Shown here one piece after another: positions 46,921 through 56,280 of a stretch of DNA of 64,000 nt (position 1 is its first letter; each line of letters starts with the position of its first letter). The DNA comes from a virus (Duplodnaviria > Heunggongvirae > Uroviricota > Caudoviricetes). The translations under genes were made by a program, and so were the position numbers. The notes under the pieces are model-generated. The model was not told the DNA's origin, ran no database searches, and was given only the letters and a program-made list of their open reading frames with translations. The stretch lies in the IMG/VR virus record IMGVR_UViG_3300011960_000019. One strand, 5' to 3'.

Positions 46921-47124
46921 TTAAATGCTGTTTTGCAGTTTTCCGATCATTTCAGATAAGCGCAAATATTCACGTTTGCGTTTACAGTCTCTTTTGCTGT
47001 TAAGCAAATCAGAAAACGTAAAATTTAATTTGTCACGTTGCGCTTTTAAGTCGCCGATTAATTCAAGTTTATAAGCGCGATATTTTGCGCGATATTCCGC
47101 GCGGATCTGGTCATAACTAATCAT
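46921..47124 (-). CDS. small basic hypothetical protein (67 aa), low GC
   Basis: Flanked by near-identical hairpins agcgcccactatgggcgct (46897-46915) and agcgcccatagtgggcgct (47144-47162). Confidence 0.4.
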   Translation of the reverse strand: MISYDQIRAEYRAKYRAYKLELIGDLKAQRDKLNFTFSDLLNSKRDCKRKREYLRLSEMIGKLQNSI

Positions 47125-47174
47125 GATTTTTATCCTTAAAACTAGCGCCCATAGTGGGCGCTATATCCATCTAA

Positions 47175-47825
47175 TTACGCTTTGAAAGCATCAGCCAGAT
47201 AGTTATAAAAATCATTCTTGATAAAGCGATATTGTTGCGATCCGTTTTTAGCAGCGCCCATTCCTTTGATTTTCTCGACCAGTCCGAGACGTTCACACAA
47301 ATTGATAAGCTGATTGGCTTGAGTGTAGCCAGCGTCTAATTTAATCTCACATGCTTTTTTAGCTTCATTCATTAAATCGAATACAGCGCCATTTGTGAAT
47401 GTCTCCATTTCATCATTAATCATTTCGATTAATGCGAATACGCGAGATCCGGACATATCAGCGACGGAATAAACGCATTTACCAGACTTGATAGATTTAA
47501 CCAGATAAACCAATTTTTCGAGTGAATAGCTATTGGTCATAGCTTCGCGGAAAAACACTTCTGGCGCTTGTTTGCTTGCTTTAATCGCGTAGTAAAAGAC
47601 ACCAGCTAATTTCTCATCATTAACAGCGTTTAAAACGTTGTTGGTGAAGTATGCAAGTTTGGTAGTCGCTGCAAGCATGTTAGCTTTATCTGCTTTTGTG
47701 TGCGTACCATTCTGATAATGATTGTTATAAGTCTGAGTAGCGTTGTTGGCTGCAACTTGCAATTCATTAGCGATAACTACAGCAGCGTCGATGATGGATT
47801 TTTTAGAGATAGCAACGTTAGACAT
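47175..47825 (-). CDS. hypothetical protein (216 aa), low GC
   Basis: ORF track. AT-rich flanks. No motif. Confidence 0.45.
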   Translation of the reverse strand: MSNVAISKKSIIDAAVVIANELQVAANNATQTYNNHYQNGTHTKADKANMLAATTKLAYFTNNVLNAVNDEKLAGVFYYAIKASKQAPEVFFREAMTNSYSLEKLVYLVKSIKSGKCVYSVADMSGSRVFALIEMINDEMETFTNGAVFDLMNEAKKACEIKLDAGYTQANQLINLCERLGLVEKIKGMGAAKNGSQQYRFIKNDFYNYLADAFKA

Positions 47826-48148
47826 GATATTAATCCTTATGTAATATTGATAACTTAATTTGTTATTTGTTTATCGTTAGCGTGTTCGCTTTCGATGTGA
47901 CTAATTATCGATATACAGAAATTAAAATCAAGAGTTTTTTACGCGGGAACGAAAAAAATTTTTCTTCAATAAAAATCAAAGTCTTAGAAATAAAACGCGT
48001 TTTCTCGAAGGTGTTGCCTAAATAAATTCCCTATTCGGTCAATCACACTTATATATTTAAAACGGAATAGGGATTAGGGGAAATAAATATAACGGGAAGT
48101 GACACATAAAATAATAACCGGACTTAGCCGGTTATTACCCTTATAGAT

Positions 48149-48712
48149 TTAAAACGGTAAAATCCGTTCGACCCAATCGAACATGACGACTGTCTTCCGA
48201 CCGTCCCCCATGTTGAGCGTGACCTGGCAAGCGTCAACGCCTGAAGACACACCCTCAATTTCACGGCCATCCGCCATGTAGACCCTTATAGACTTCTGCA
48301 TCTCATGAGCCTGGCGACAAATTTTGAAGAAATCACGGCGAGATGGCCGATTGTCCACATAGTCTGGGTGTACCGTTGTCCGACCCGTGAAATCGTGCGC
48401 AATGCCTTCTGTCACACCTGATTCAATCGTACTGATTCGCTCAAGTGGGAGCCTTATACGATTTTCTTTGTCGAACGGGGCAGGGCAAAGGTCGACTTTG
48501 TTGCGCGACGACATGAGACCCTGAACGTACATGCAGAACACCTGACCATCTTCCATCGTGACCCTTACAGGAATGAGAGACTTACGCCAGAACATCAGCG
48601 CCTTCTCCACGTTGGTGTAATCGCGCGGCCAGACTTCTGCAGGAATCCCGTAGGTGATGTCAGTAATATTCGTCATATCGTCACAGTGTCGTTGGTAGGA
48701 TATCGATGTCAC
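48149..48712 (-). CDS. hypothetical protein (175-187 aa)
   Basis: ORF track. The start may be the internal Met at 48676. Confidence 0.4.
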   Translation of the reverse strand: MTSISYQRHCDDMTNITDITYGIPAEVWPRDYTNVEKALMFWRKSLIPVRVTMEDGQVFCMYVQGLMSSRNKVDLCPAPFDKENRIRLPLERISTIESGVTEGIAHDFTGRTTVHPDYVDNRPSRRDFFKICRQAHEMQKSIRVYMADGREIEGVSSGVDACQVTLNMGDGRKTVVMFDWVERILPF

Positions 48713-49103
48713 CTGCGTTGCTGGTGAACACCCGGAAGACTTTCGTCTCGCCAGCTTTGGTGATGGTCTCGCGTTCCTGACGAGCAGGGTTCAGTGCGCA
48801 CAGCCCGGCGCCTTCCAGTGAAGCGCCAACAATCCATTGCCCGGCATCAAGATGGAACGTCGCTTTTTCACCGGTCTCAAGTTTCGCAACCGTCTCACCA
48901 TTGATGAAGATGGATGCGTCACAGCCCGCACCTATCATACCTTTGTCCCTCATAACCACCAGCGTGGTTGGTGCAGACGTCTGGTATTTGAAAACTCTGG
49001 CCTGCGGAGCCGGTTTTGCATCAGCTACAGACACAGGGCGGGATGAACATGCACTCAGGAGTAAAACGGGGATGGTAATCAGTGGAAGTAGAACGTGTTT
49101 CAT
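48681..49103 (-). CDS. lipoprotein (140 aa)
   Basis: Signal peptide with lipobox LLSAC. Confidence 0.55.
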   Translation of the reverse strand: MKHVLLPLITIPVLLLSACSSRPVSVADAKPAPQARVFKYQTSAPTTLVVMRDKGMIGAGCDASIFINGETVAKLETGEKATFHLDAGQWIVGASLEGAGLCALNPARQERETITKAGETKVFRVFTSNAGDIDILPTTL

Positions 49104-49162
49104 GGCTTGAACTAAATCCTTATCACTTCAACGAACAAGGCGTCTTGCGACGCCCTTAATGC

Positions 49163-49441
49163 TTAATCGAGACGTTTGAGAATATCGGCCAGATCTTCTT
49201 TGGTCATGCCAGAGGATTCGTAAATCTTCATGACCTTTTCACGGGCCTTTGCAGAAGCCTCTAATGACGTAGCTGCCTTATCAAAATCAGCCATCGTCAT
49301 GTTGGACAGCACCAGATTGATGATGTCTGCCTTTGACAGCTTAATATTGCGTTCACGCAGTCGATTCTGAAAGGTTTCCAGCTTGTCGTTTGCTTTTTCG
49401 GTTAACTGAACCTGGCAGTGTATAGCGCGTTTCTCGCTCAT
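49163..49441 (-). CDS. hypothetical protein (92 aa)
   Basis: Start overlaps the helicase stop. Confidence 0.4.
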   Translation of the reverse strand: MSEKRAIHCQVQLTEKANDKLETFQNRLRERNIKLSKADIINLVLSNMTMADFDKAATSLEASAKAREKVMKIYESSGMTKEDLADILKRLD

Positions 49442-49443
49442 GC

Positions 49444-51003
49444 TTACTCTCTATTCAAAACAGTGAAATCGAATGTGCTACCCACCGGCAAAACGCCCTC
49501 GGCAAACCCAGGCGTCGTGTCGATAATGTGCTTCCGCTCATATGAATGCGACATGAGATATTTGTTGCTCACGTCGATAAAGTCGGTAATAAAGCACACG
49601 TTAGCCTGATTCTTTTTGGCTCGAAGACCGCGACCAACACGTTGGCGCATCTCAACTTCGGCTTTGCCGCCACCACCCAGAATCACCGCCCCTACGCTTG
49701 GAACGTCGACACCAACATCCAGAATGGTTGAACCAATCAGAACATCTATCTTGCCTGCCGCCAGACTGTTGAGCTTTGCTTGTCGGGTAGTCTGGTTTGA
49801 TTCTCCGTAGATGAAATCGACCTTCAGGCCGCTTTCCTTCATCATTTCCATCAAAATCTGACCATGACGCTTCAAACGAACCAGCGTCATACAGTTCAGA
49901 CCGTGACTTTTGTACATTAACGCTTCGCGCACAATAGCCTCGTTGCGGCCCAGATTGTAAACGATGCCTAACTGATAGGCTTTCTGGTAAGCCGTACTCA
50001 TTCCAACCCGAAAGTTCAGGTGTTTCGAAGCAAGTTCAGCCCTAATCCGCACCTCGTCTGGAGTGTACGCGATTTTATGATATAGAAAGTATGGTTTCGC
50101 TAAAATACCTCGATCGATCAAATATTTCTCCGTTACCTTTATCTCAATGCGGCCGGCAACGGCCATGAGACGCATATTTGCCTCGGTCGAGTCCTTCATG
50201 AACGGCGTAGCTGTCAGCGCCAGACGGTAATCGGCATTGATGCACAACCGGGCGATATCGTAGAAGTTTGAACCAGATGATTCGTGTGCCTCTTCCAGAA
50301 TCAGCAGAGAAACGCTGGACAGAAAGCGCTTAACCAGTTCCCGGCGCTTCAGGTGGTACTGTTTTTTCTCCGGTGATGCGTCGCGCGGTGGCTCTTCGAG
50401 AAAACTGGCCAGGGTCTGCACCGTGGCAACGTTGATATGGCGCGAGACCTGGAACTCACCAGATCCAATCACCCCAACTTTCTGGCCTTTCAGCCACGGC
50501 TCGCCATTCTCCGCGCGGTAATCGATGGATTTCTGGAAGTTCTCTGCCATCTGGAACATCAGAACCGAGCGCGTGGTTAAAAACAGCGTCATACGACCAA
50601 TGCGAGCAGCTGCCTTACACGCTACGTTCGATTTACCGCCACCCGTCGCAATCTGGGCAATCATCATCCCTTCGCGCACCAGTGTTTCCACAGTCTGATC
50701 CTGATACGCATAGTCCGGGTTATACGGGAATGGGTTAACTACCGGGTTCGGCTTGCCCAGCGCGGGGGCTTTTTCCTTGCGCACATGCACGCATTTGATG
50801 CCAGCTTTCAGAAGGTTGGCCGCTACTGGCTTCGCAAACCCAGCCGGGAACGCGTTTTTGCTCCAGTTGAACATCGTGCTGGTTCCTTTCCAGTCACCAG
50901 CCTCCACTTCATAGCTCAACATCTCCTGAACGAGCCGTTTCACGTTGTCATCAGCGCCAGAAATCAGCGCATTGACTGCATTCGATACAATCCGAACTGT
51001 CAT
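49444..51003 (-). CDS. SF2 DEAD/DEAH-box family DNA helicase
   Basis: Motif I ATGGGKSN, motif II LILEEAHE, motif III TATP, motif VI QRVGRGLR. Confidence 0.8.
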   Translation of the reverse strand: MTVRIVSNAVNALISGADDNVKRLVQEMLSYEVEAGDWKGTSTMFNWSKNAFPAGFAKPVAANLLKAGIKCVHVRKEKAPALGKPNPVVNPFPYNPDYAYQDQTVETLVREGMMIAQIATGGGKSNVACKAAARIGRMTLFLTTRSVLMFQMAENFQKSIDYRAENGEPWLKGQKVGVIGSGEFQVSRHINVATVQTLASFLEEPPRDASPEKKQYHLKRRELVKRFLSSVSLLILEEAHESSGSNFYDIARLCINADYRLALTATPFMKDSTEANMRLMAVAGRIEIKVTEKYLIDRGILAKPYFLYHKIAYTPDEVRIRAELASKHLNFRVGMSTAYQKAYQLGIVYNLGRNEAIVREALMYKSHGLNCMTLVRLKRHGQILMEMMKESGLKVDFIYGESNQTTRQAKLNSLAAGKIDVLIGSTILDVGVDVPSVGAVILGGGGKAEVEMRQRVGRGLRAKKNQANVCFITDFIDVSNKYLMSHSYERKHIIDTTPGFAEGVLPVGSTFDFTVLNRE

Positions 51004-51085
51004 AAACCTCTTTCCTTCGTGCCTTTTGTATGGTAATTGGCTATTATAGTAAGTAAGTACTTATACAATTGATTGTATCAGAATT

Positions 51086-51766
51086 ATGGATGTGAAAATT
51101 ACGATTCTGCAGGTGGAAGTCGCGAACCTGCGTCCGAATCCCTGGAATACCAACTCCGTTGGGGCGCAAAACTTCGAAAAACTGAAAGGCTCTATCGAAA
51201 AATTGGGCTTTTTTAAGCCAATTCTGGCGCGGGAGCTGGACGGGGGCGTTTTTGAGATCCTCGGTGGCGAACACCGCTGGCGTGCCGCGATGGAGCAGGG
51301 CATTTCAACGGTTCCCGTCATCTCCGTGGGCAAAATTAACGACCTGGTGGCCAAACAGATGTCCCTCGTCGATAACGAGCGCTACGGCGAAGACGATCAG
51401 GTCGCTTTGCAGCGCTTAATCGAAGAAATCCAGTCTGAAATCGACTACCGGTTGTCCGATATCGCCCCGTATGACGACGAAATGGCGGCAACACTCGCCA
51501 AAGCGTCCGTTATCGATCTTGAGGCGCTGGAAGCGCTCTCCCGTGGCGATGACGAGCCGGTCGATAAGGACAAACGCGAGAAAACCGAGCGAGTCGGCGC
51601 TGAACACCAGACGATGCGTTTCAAAGTGACGTTTGATGCGTCAGATCGCGTCGCCGACACCATCAAAACCATCATCAAAGAGCAGGGAATCAATACCGGT
51701 AACGAAATGGAGAACGCCGGGGAAGCCCTGGTGTGGCTGGTCGACTACTACAAGGAGCGTATGTAA
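51086..51766 (+). CDS. ParB/Srx-like nuclease-domain protein 1
   Basis: LRPNPWN...FEILGGEHRWRAAMEQGISTVPVI is the ParB N-terminal domain signature. Confidence 0.7.
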   Translation: MDVKITILQVEVANLRPNPWNTNSVGAQNFEKLKGSIEKLGFFKPILARELDGGVFEILGGEHRWRAAMEQGISTVPVISVGKINDLVAKQMSLVDNERYGEDDQVALQRLIEEIQSEIDYRLSDIAPYDDEMAATLAKASVIDLEALEALSRGDDEPVDKDKREKTERVGAEHQTMRFKVTFDASDRVADTIKTIIKEQGINTGNEMENAGEALVWLVDYYKERM

Positions 51767-52434
51767 TGACCAAAAACTTTGAAATCGTCTATCGAAACCC
51801 GGCAGAACTCATCCCGTATGAGATGAACGCCAAAAAACATGACGAACAGCAGATCCGCGACCTGGCGGCCGCCATCAAAAAGCGCGGTTTTGACCAGCCG
51901 ATCACGGTCGACAAGCATGACGTCATCATTACTGGCCACGGTCGTCGCGAGGCGGCTCTTCTGGCTGGTCTGGAGCGTGTGCCGGTCATCGTTCGCGACG
52001 ATCTGAGCGAAGAAGAAGTGAAGGCGAAGCGTCTGGAAGACAACCGCCTGGCCAGTATTGACTACGACGCCATCAAATTGCAGCAGGAACTGGAATCCCT
52101 GGTGCTGGGAGAGGTCGAGGTCTTCGGTTTTGAAGAGCGCGAGCTGAACGTGCTTGTTGGTAGCATGACCGAAGAGATGGAAACCGGCTCTCTGGTGCTC
52201 GATCTGGGCGAAGAGACGGAACGCCAGAAAGAAGAGCACACCGAGATCAGTCGCGAAGTGGCCTCTGAAGAAGTCCGCGTCATCGACGTATTGGGCTTTA
52301 AAACGCTCCCTGCTGGCTCTGCCATTGTGGTTGGGGATTTGCTTGCCCACATGGAAGAAATCACGGGAGAGAGCGGGGTAGACGCTTTCGTGGCGTATGC
52401 GGAGAAAGTTTCTTCTGGGGAGCTGGCTGCATGA
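51766..52434 (+). CDS. ParB/Srx-like nuclease-domain protein 2
   Basis: YEMNAKKHDEQQIRDLAAAIKKRGFDQPITV...ITGHGRREAALLAGLERVPVIV. TAATG overlap with the previous gene; the frame is open from 51733. Confidence 0.65.
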   Translation: MTKNFEIVYRNPAELIPYEMNAKKHDEQQIRDLAAAIKKRGFDQPITVDKHDVIITGHGRREAALLAGLERVPVIVRDDLSEEEVKAKRLEDNRLASIDYDAIKLQQELESLVLGEVEVFGFEERELNVLVGSMTEEMETGSLVLDLGEETERQKEEHTEISREVASEEVRVIDVLGFKTLPAGSAIVVGDLLAHMEEITGESGVDAFVAYAEKVSSGELAA

Positions 52435-53069
52435 GCAAATACACCATCAACGTATCGTTTCAGACCCGCGTGAACAAAACCACGCGCACGCTGGAGATTG
52501 CCGAATCGTTCGGTCTTGGCCTGGACGAAAAAGAGTGGACGCTTTACGACAATCTGGAGCTGGAAGTGAAGCAGGGCGATGTGGTGTACATCACCGGCCA
52601 ATCCGGTTCCGGTAAATCCGTTGTGCTGCGCGAGCTGCAACGCCAGATGAAGGATGAAGGGCTTTCTGTAGCCTCCATCGATGACTTTGCCTTCGACAAT
52701 GAGGTTAACGTCATTGACCAGCTGGGCAAAACCACCAGCGAAGCTCTGGGGCTGCTGTCTATGGCCGGATTGAATGACGCCTATCTCTTTGTGCGCAAGC
52801 CATCCGAGATGTCTGATGGTCAGAAATACCGTCTCAAGATCGCCAAGCTGATCGAGTCAGGCGCCAAAGTCTGGGCAGCCGACGAATTTGGCGCTGTTCT
52901 CGACCGTGTAACCGCTCAGGTTGTGGCGTCGAACCTCCAGCGTGCCGCCCGAAAGGTTGGTGCGACGGTAATGGTGGCGACGACCCACGAAGACCTGAAG
53001 AACGCGCTGCGCCCGGATATGCAGATCACCAAGCACTACAAAGAACGCGTGAAGGTCGAATATGCCTGA
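52431..53069 (+). CDS. compact ABC-type ATPase (212 aa)
   Basis: Walker A GQSGSGKS. Signature-like MSDGQKYRL. Walker B VWAADEFGAVLD. H-loop TTHED. ATGA overlap with the previous gene. Confidence 0.65.
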   Translation: MSKYTINVSFQTRVNKTTRTLEIAESFGLGLDEKEWTLYDNLELEVKQGDVVYITGQSGSGKSVVLRELQRQMKDEGLSVASIDDFAFDNEVNVIDQLGKTTSEALGLLSMAGLNDAYLFVRKPSEMSDGQKYRLKIAKLIESGAKVWAADEFGAVLDRVTAQVVASNLQRAARKVGATVMVATTHEDLKNALRPDMQITKHYKERVKVEYA

Positions 53070-53253
53070 TTTGAAGATCGTAGAGCTGAAGCCATCTAAA
53101 GAGGCTGACAACAACAACGTTGAAGTCATCCGCCTGCTTGAAGAAGCACTCCAGTACGCCAGAGAAGGCAAAAGCCAGAGCCTGGCGCTGCTGATGATCA
53201 ACAACGACGGCAGTGTTCTGGATTGCTGGCATAACGGTGGCCGATCAGTTGGA
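53062..53253 (+). CDS. small ORF coupled to the ABC ATPase (about 63 aa of plausible sequence)
   Basis: ATGCCTGA overlap with the ATPase stop. The track ORF continues to 53523, but in the alternative frame over the tape-measure fragment. Confidence 0.3.
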
Positions 53254-54325
53254 AAACAGCTGGAGCAACCTGTTCAGCAACATGACGGATACGCTGACCG
53301 ACTTCGTCATGAAGGGGAAATTGGACTTCTCCAGCCTAGCAGAATCCATTCTCCGCGACATCACCAACATGGTTGTGAAGACGCAGATCACCCTGCCTCT
53401 CATGAACATGCTGGGGATGGGGACGACGGCAGCGGGCAGCTCTCAGAGTGGCAATCTGCTTTCTGGTGTCGCGTCAGCGGTTGCCAACCAAGGCGTCCGG
53501 ATGAATGCGGTCAACGGCGATAAGAGCGTGGGTGAGGCGACGAAAGAGACCTCCAGCTCGGTCTCCGGTCTGGGGCAGACCACTCAGCAGACGACCAGCG
53601 CGATTGGCTCTGCAACCAACGCGATCGGCAGCTGGGTGAATGGACTGTTCACCAGTACTGAAGCCAAAGACGCGGAAACCAAAGCGGTGAAGACATCCAT
53701 CTTCTCCATGCAGAACCTTAGCTCTGTCACGGGGGCGCTTTCTGCCGCGTTTGCCATGCTGGGCGCAAACATGTCCGGCTCTGGCAATAAGTGGTTGAGC
53801 TTCGGCGCTACCATTGCCTCCGGGCTGGTGTCTGCCTGGGCTGGTGGCGGCTTCGACAACATCGGATCGGGTTCATCCGGCTCTAACTCCGGGTTCAACA
53901 ATCTCACCGGATCGGCATCTGATGGTACTGGCGGCATCCCGGCAATTCCGAAGTTCGCCAAAGGCGGCATTTTCGGGAAAGACGGCGTGGTTCCGCTGCG
54001 TGCGTACCAGAAAGGTGGCATCGCTGACTCTCCACAGCTGGCGCTGTTTGGTGAAGGGGATATGAACGAAGCCTACGTTCCGCTTCCGGATGGGCGTTCC
54101 ATCCCGGTCACGCTCAACGCAGAGGGTGTTAAAGGCGGCGGTGGCGTTTTCTCACCTGTCAGCATTGAGATCAACGTCAACAGCGACGGCAGTGTCTCGG
54201 AGAACAGCAATTCCGAAGGCGCATGGAGTCAGGCAGCGCAGCGCATGAAGGCGATCGCGCTTGAAACCATCGCTCAGGAGAAGCGGCCAGGCGGTTCGCT
54301 CAACCCTAACTCTCAACGTAACTAA
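53213..54325 (+). pseudogene. C-terminal fragment of tail tape-measure protein (lambda gpH-like)
   Basis: - Gly/Ser-rich, with a GKDGVVPLRAYQKGGIADSPQLALFGEGDMNEAYVPLPDGRSIPVTLNAEG tail typical of the gpH C-terminus.
- Only 370 aa; the frame opens at 53198 with no ATG or RBS.
- Sits directly upstream of the M-L-K-I-J genes. Confidence 0.6.
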
Positions 54326-54366
54326 CCACGGCTGCCCCGGAAGGGGCAGTCTCACAAGGATGTGAG

Positions 54367-54702
54367 ATGGAAAGACTGACTTTTAACTGGTATCCCGACT
54401 ACGAGTCGGAAAAGACCGTGAAGCCTAACGTGACGGTGCTGAATTTCGGTGACGATTACGAACAGCGCCAGGCCAAAGGTCTCAATCGCATTAAAGAAGA
54501 GTGGAGCCTGACATTTACGCGCTCTTACGACGTTATTAATGCCGTCGATGACTTTCTGACGGCACGCGCGGCCGTTGAGTCGTTCTACTGGATGAATCCT
54601 CGTGGCAAAAAGATGGTTGTGGTGTGCGACAGCCATACTGTGAAGCGTTACCAGGGCTATCTCGTTCTCACTGCGACCTTCCGACAAATTTATGAAGGAT
54701 AA
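54367..54702 (+). CDS. minor tail protein M (lambda gpM-like)
   Basis: 111 aa in the canonical position after the tape measure. Recognisable by position and size; MERLTFNWYPDYESEKTVKPNVTVLNFGDDYEQRQAKGLN. Confidence 0.65.
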   Translation: MERLTFNWYPDYESEKTVKPNVTVLNFGDDYEQRQAKGLNRIKEEWSLTFTRSYDVINAVDDFLTARAAVESFYWMNPRGKKMVVVCDSHTVKRYQGYLVLTATFRQIYEG

Positions 54703-54791
54703 TTTAACCCACTAGATAAGTAAGCACTTATTTACTATCATCTATAGGCGCTGACAGGATGTTGGCGTCTCTTTATTTCAAGGAAGAAACG

Positions 54792-55490
54792 ATGGGTATT
54801 AAAGCTGATATTCAGAGCTTGTCGCCCTCCGCGCTCATTGAGCTGTTCGAACTTGATATGTCGAACACCACCTCTGGGGGCAAGCTGTTTTTCCACGCTG
54901 GTACAAACGAACTGATGGAGCCAGTCGTTTGGCAAGGCGTGTCTTACGAACCGTGGCCAATCAAGGCGTCAGGCTTTGATAAGACTGGTCAGGGTACTTT
55001 GCCGCGTCCAAAAATCCAGGTCTCCAACTTTGCCGGAACTGTCTCCGCTGAAGTTCAGGCAAACGACGATCTGGTGGGCTGCCGCATCATCCGCAAGATG
55101 ACGCTGGCGCGTTTTCTCGACGCGGCCAACTTCAAAGACGGGAATCCAACCGCAGATCCAAATCAGCACTTCCCGGATGAGATGTGGTTCATCGAACAGA
55201 AGACTCTCGAAACCCATGAGGTTGTCGAGTTTGAGCTGTCGAGTGTGTTCGATCTGATGGGCGTGCAACTGCCGTACCGCCAGATCATCAAAAACACCTG
55301 CCCGTGGAAATACCGCGGTCCAGAGTGCGGCTACACCGGCCCCTATTTCGACAAAAACAACCAGCAAACCACCATGTCAGGCGCGGATTACTGCACGAAA
55401 CGCTACGACTCATGCAACGCACGCCGTAACTACTTTGCCAATGGCGTAATCCACTTTGGCGGGTTCATTGGAGCAACGCGTTATGGGTAA
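54792..55490 (+). CDS. minor tail protein L (lambda gpL-like)
   Basis: C-terminal Cys cluster CPWKYRGPECGY...CTKRYDSCNARRNYFANG typical of gpL. RBS aaggaag. Confidence 0.75.
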   Translation: MGIKADIQSLSPSALIELFELDMSNTTSGGKLFFHAGTNELMEPVVWQGVSYEPWPIKASGFDKTGQGTLPRPKIQVSNFAGTVSAEVQANDDLVGCRIIRKMTLARFLDAANFKDGNPTADPNQHFPDEMWFIEQKTLETHEVVEFELSSVFDLMGVQLPYRQIIKNTCPWKYRGPECGYTGPYFDKNNQQTTMSGADYCTKRYDSCNARRNYFANGVIHFGGFIGATRYG

Positions 55491-56280
55491 TAGAGCTTTC
55501 CCTGAGCTTGGTTCGGACGTTATGCAGGAAATCTATCTGACAGCCATCAAACGCTACCCGAACGAAGCGTGTGGCTTTCTGGTGCGTACCACTGGCGAGA
55601 AATATTGCTTCATGGAAGCCCGGAACGTGTCGGAAAACCCGGAAAACACGTTTGTTATGCACGCTGACGACATTATCGCAGCGGAAGATGCGGGATACGT
55701 GGTTGCCATCTGGCACTCCCACACTGACGAATCAGCTGAAGCGTCATACGCCGACCGCGCCGGATGCGAGGCAACGGAAGTTCCGTGGCTGATTCTGGCT
55801 GTTAGGAAGAATGTCGAGGGCGATGCGCCATTTCACTTCAGTGAGATGAATGTGATCACCCCAGACGGCTTTGAGATGCCTTATCTGGGGCGGCCCTATG
55901 TGTTTGGTGTCTTCGACTGCTGGATGCTGTGCCGCGACTACCTGAAGCGTGAGTTCAACGTCGAGTTGAATCCAAACCCGCACCTGCATATTCCATCGTG
56001 GTACACGGGCGATACCGACATTCTCGACCAGAACTACCGCAATGAAGGGCTTGTTCGTCTGGCGCCGGGGACGGAACCCCAGCGTGGTGACGTCTTCTTC
56101 ATTCAGTACGGAAAGATGCCTGACCACTGCGCGGTGTACATCGGAGACGGAATGATCCTGCACCACCAGATCGACCGTCTGAGCTGTCGCGCTTATTACG
56201 GTGGCATGTACCAGAAACACACGACGCACCACCTGCGTCACAGAGACTTACTCAAGGGAGATGAAACGTGTCTGAGTTAG
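55483..56280 (+). CDS. tail assembly protein K (MPN/JAMM + NlpC/P60 domains)
   Basis: JAMM motif AIWHSHTDESAEAS, and an NlpC/P60 Cys/His pair (FDCWMLCRDY...MILHH). Confidence 0.8.
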   Translation: MGNRAFPELGSDVMQEIYLTAIKRYPNEACGFLVRTTGEKYCFMEARNVSENPENTFVMHADDIIAAEDAGYVVAIWHSHTDESAEASYADRAGCEATEVPWLILAVRKNVEGDAPFHFSEMNVITPDGFEMPYLGRPYVFGVFDCWMLCRDYLKREFNVELNPNPHLHIPSWYTGDTDILDQNYRNEGLVRLAPGTEPQRGDVFFIQYGKMPDHCAVYIGDGMILHHQIDRLSCRAYYGGMYQKHTTHHLRHRDLLKGDETCLS

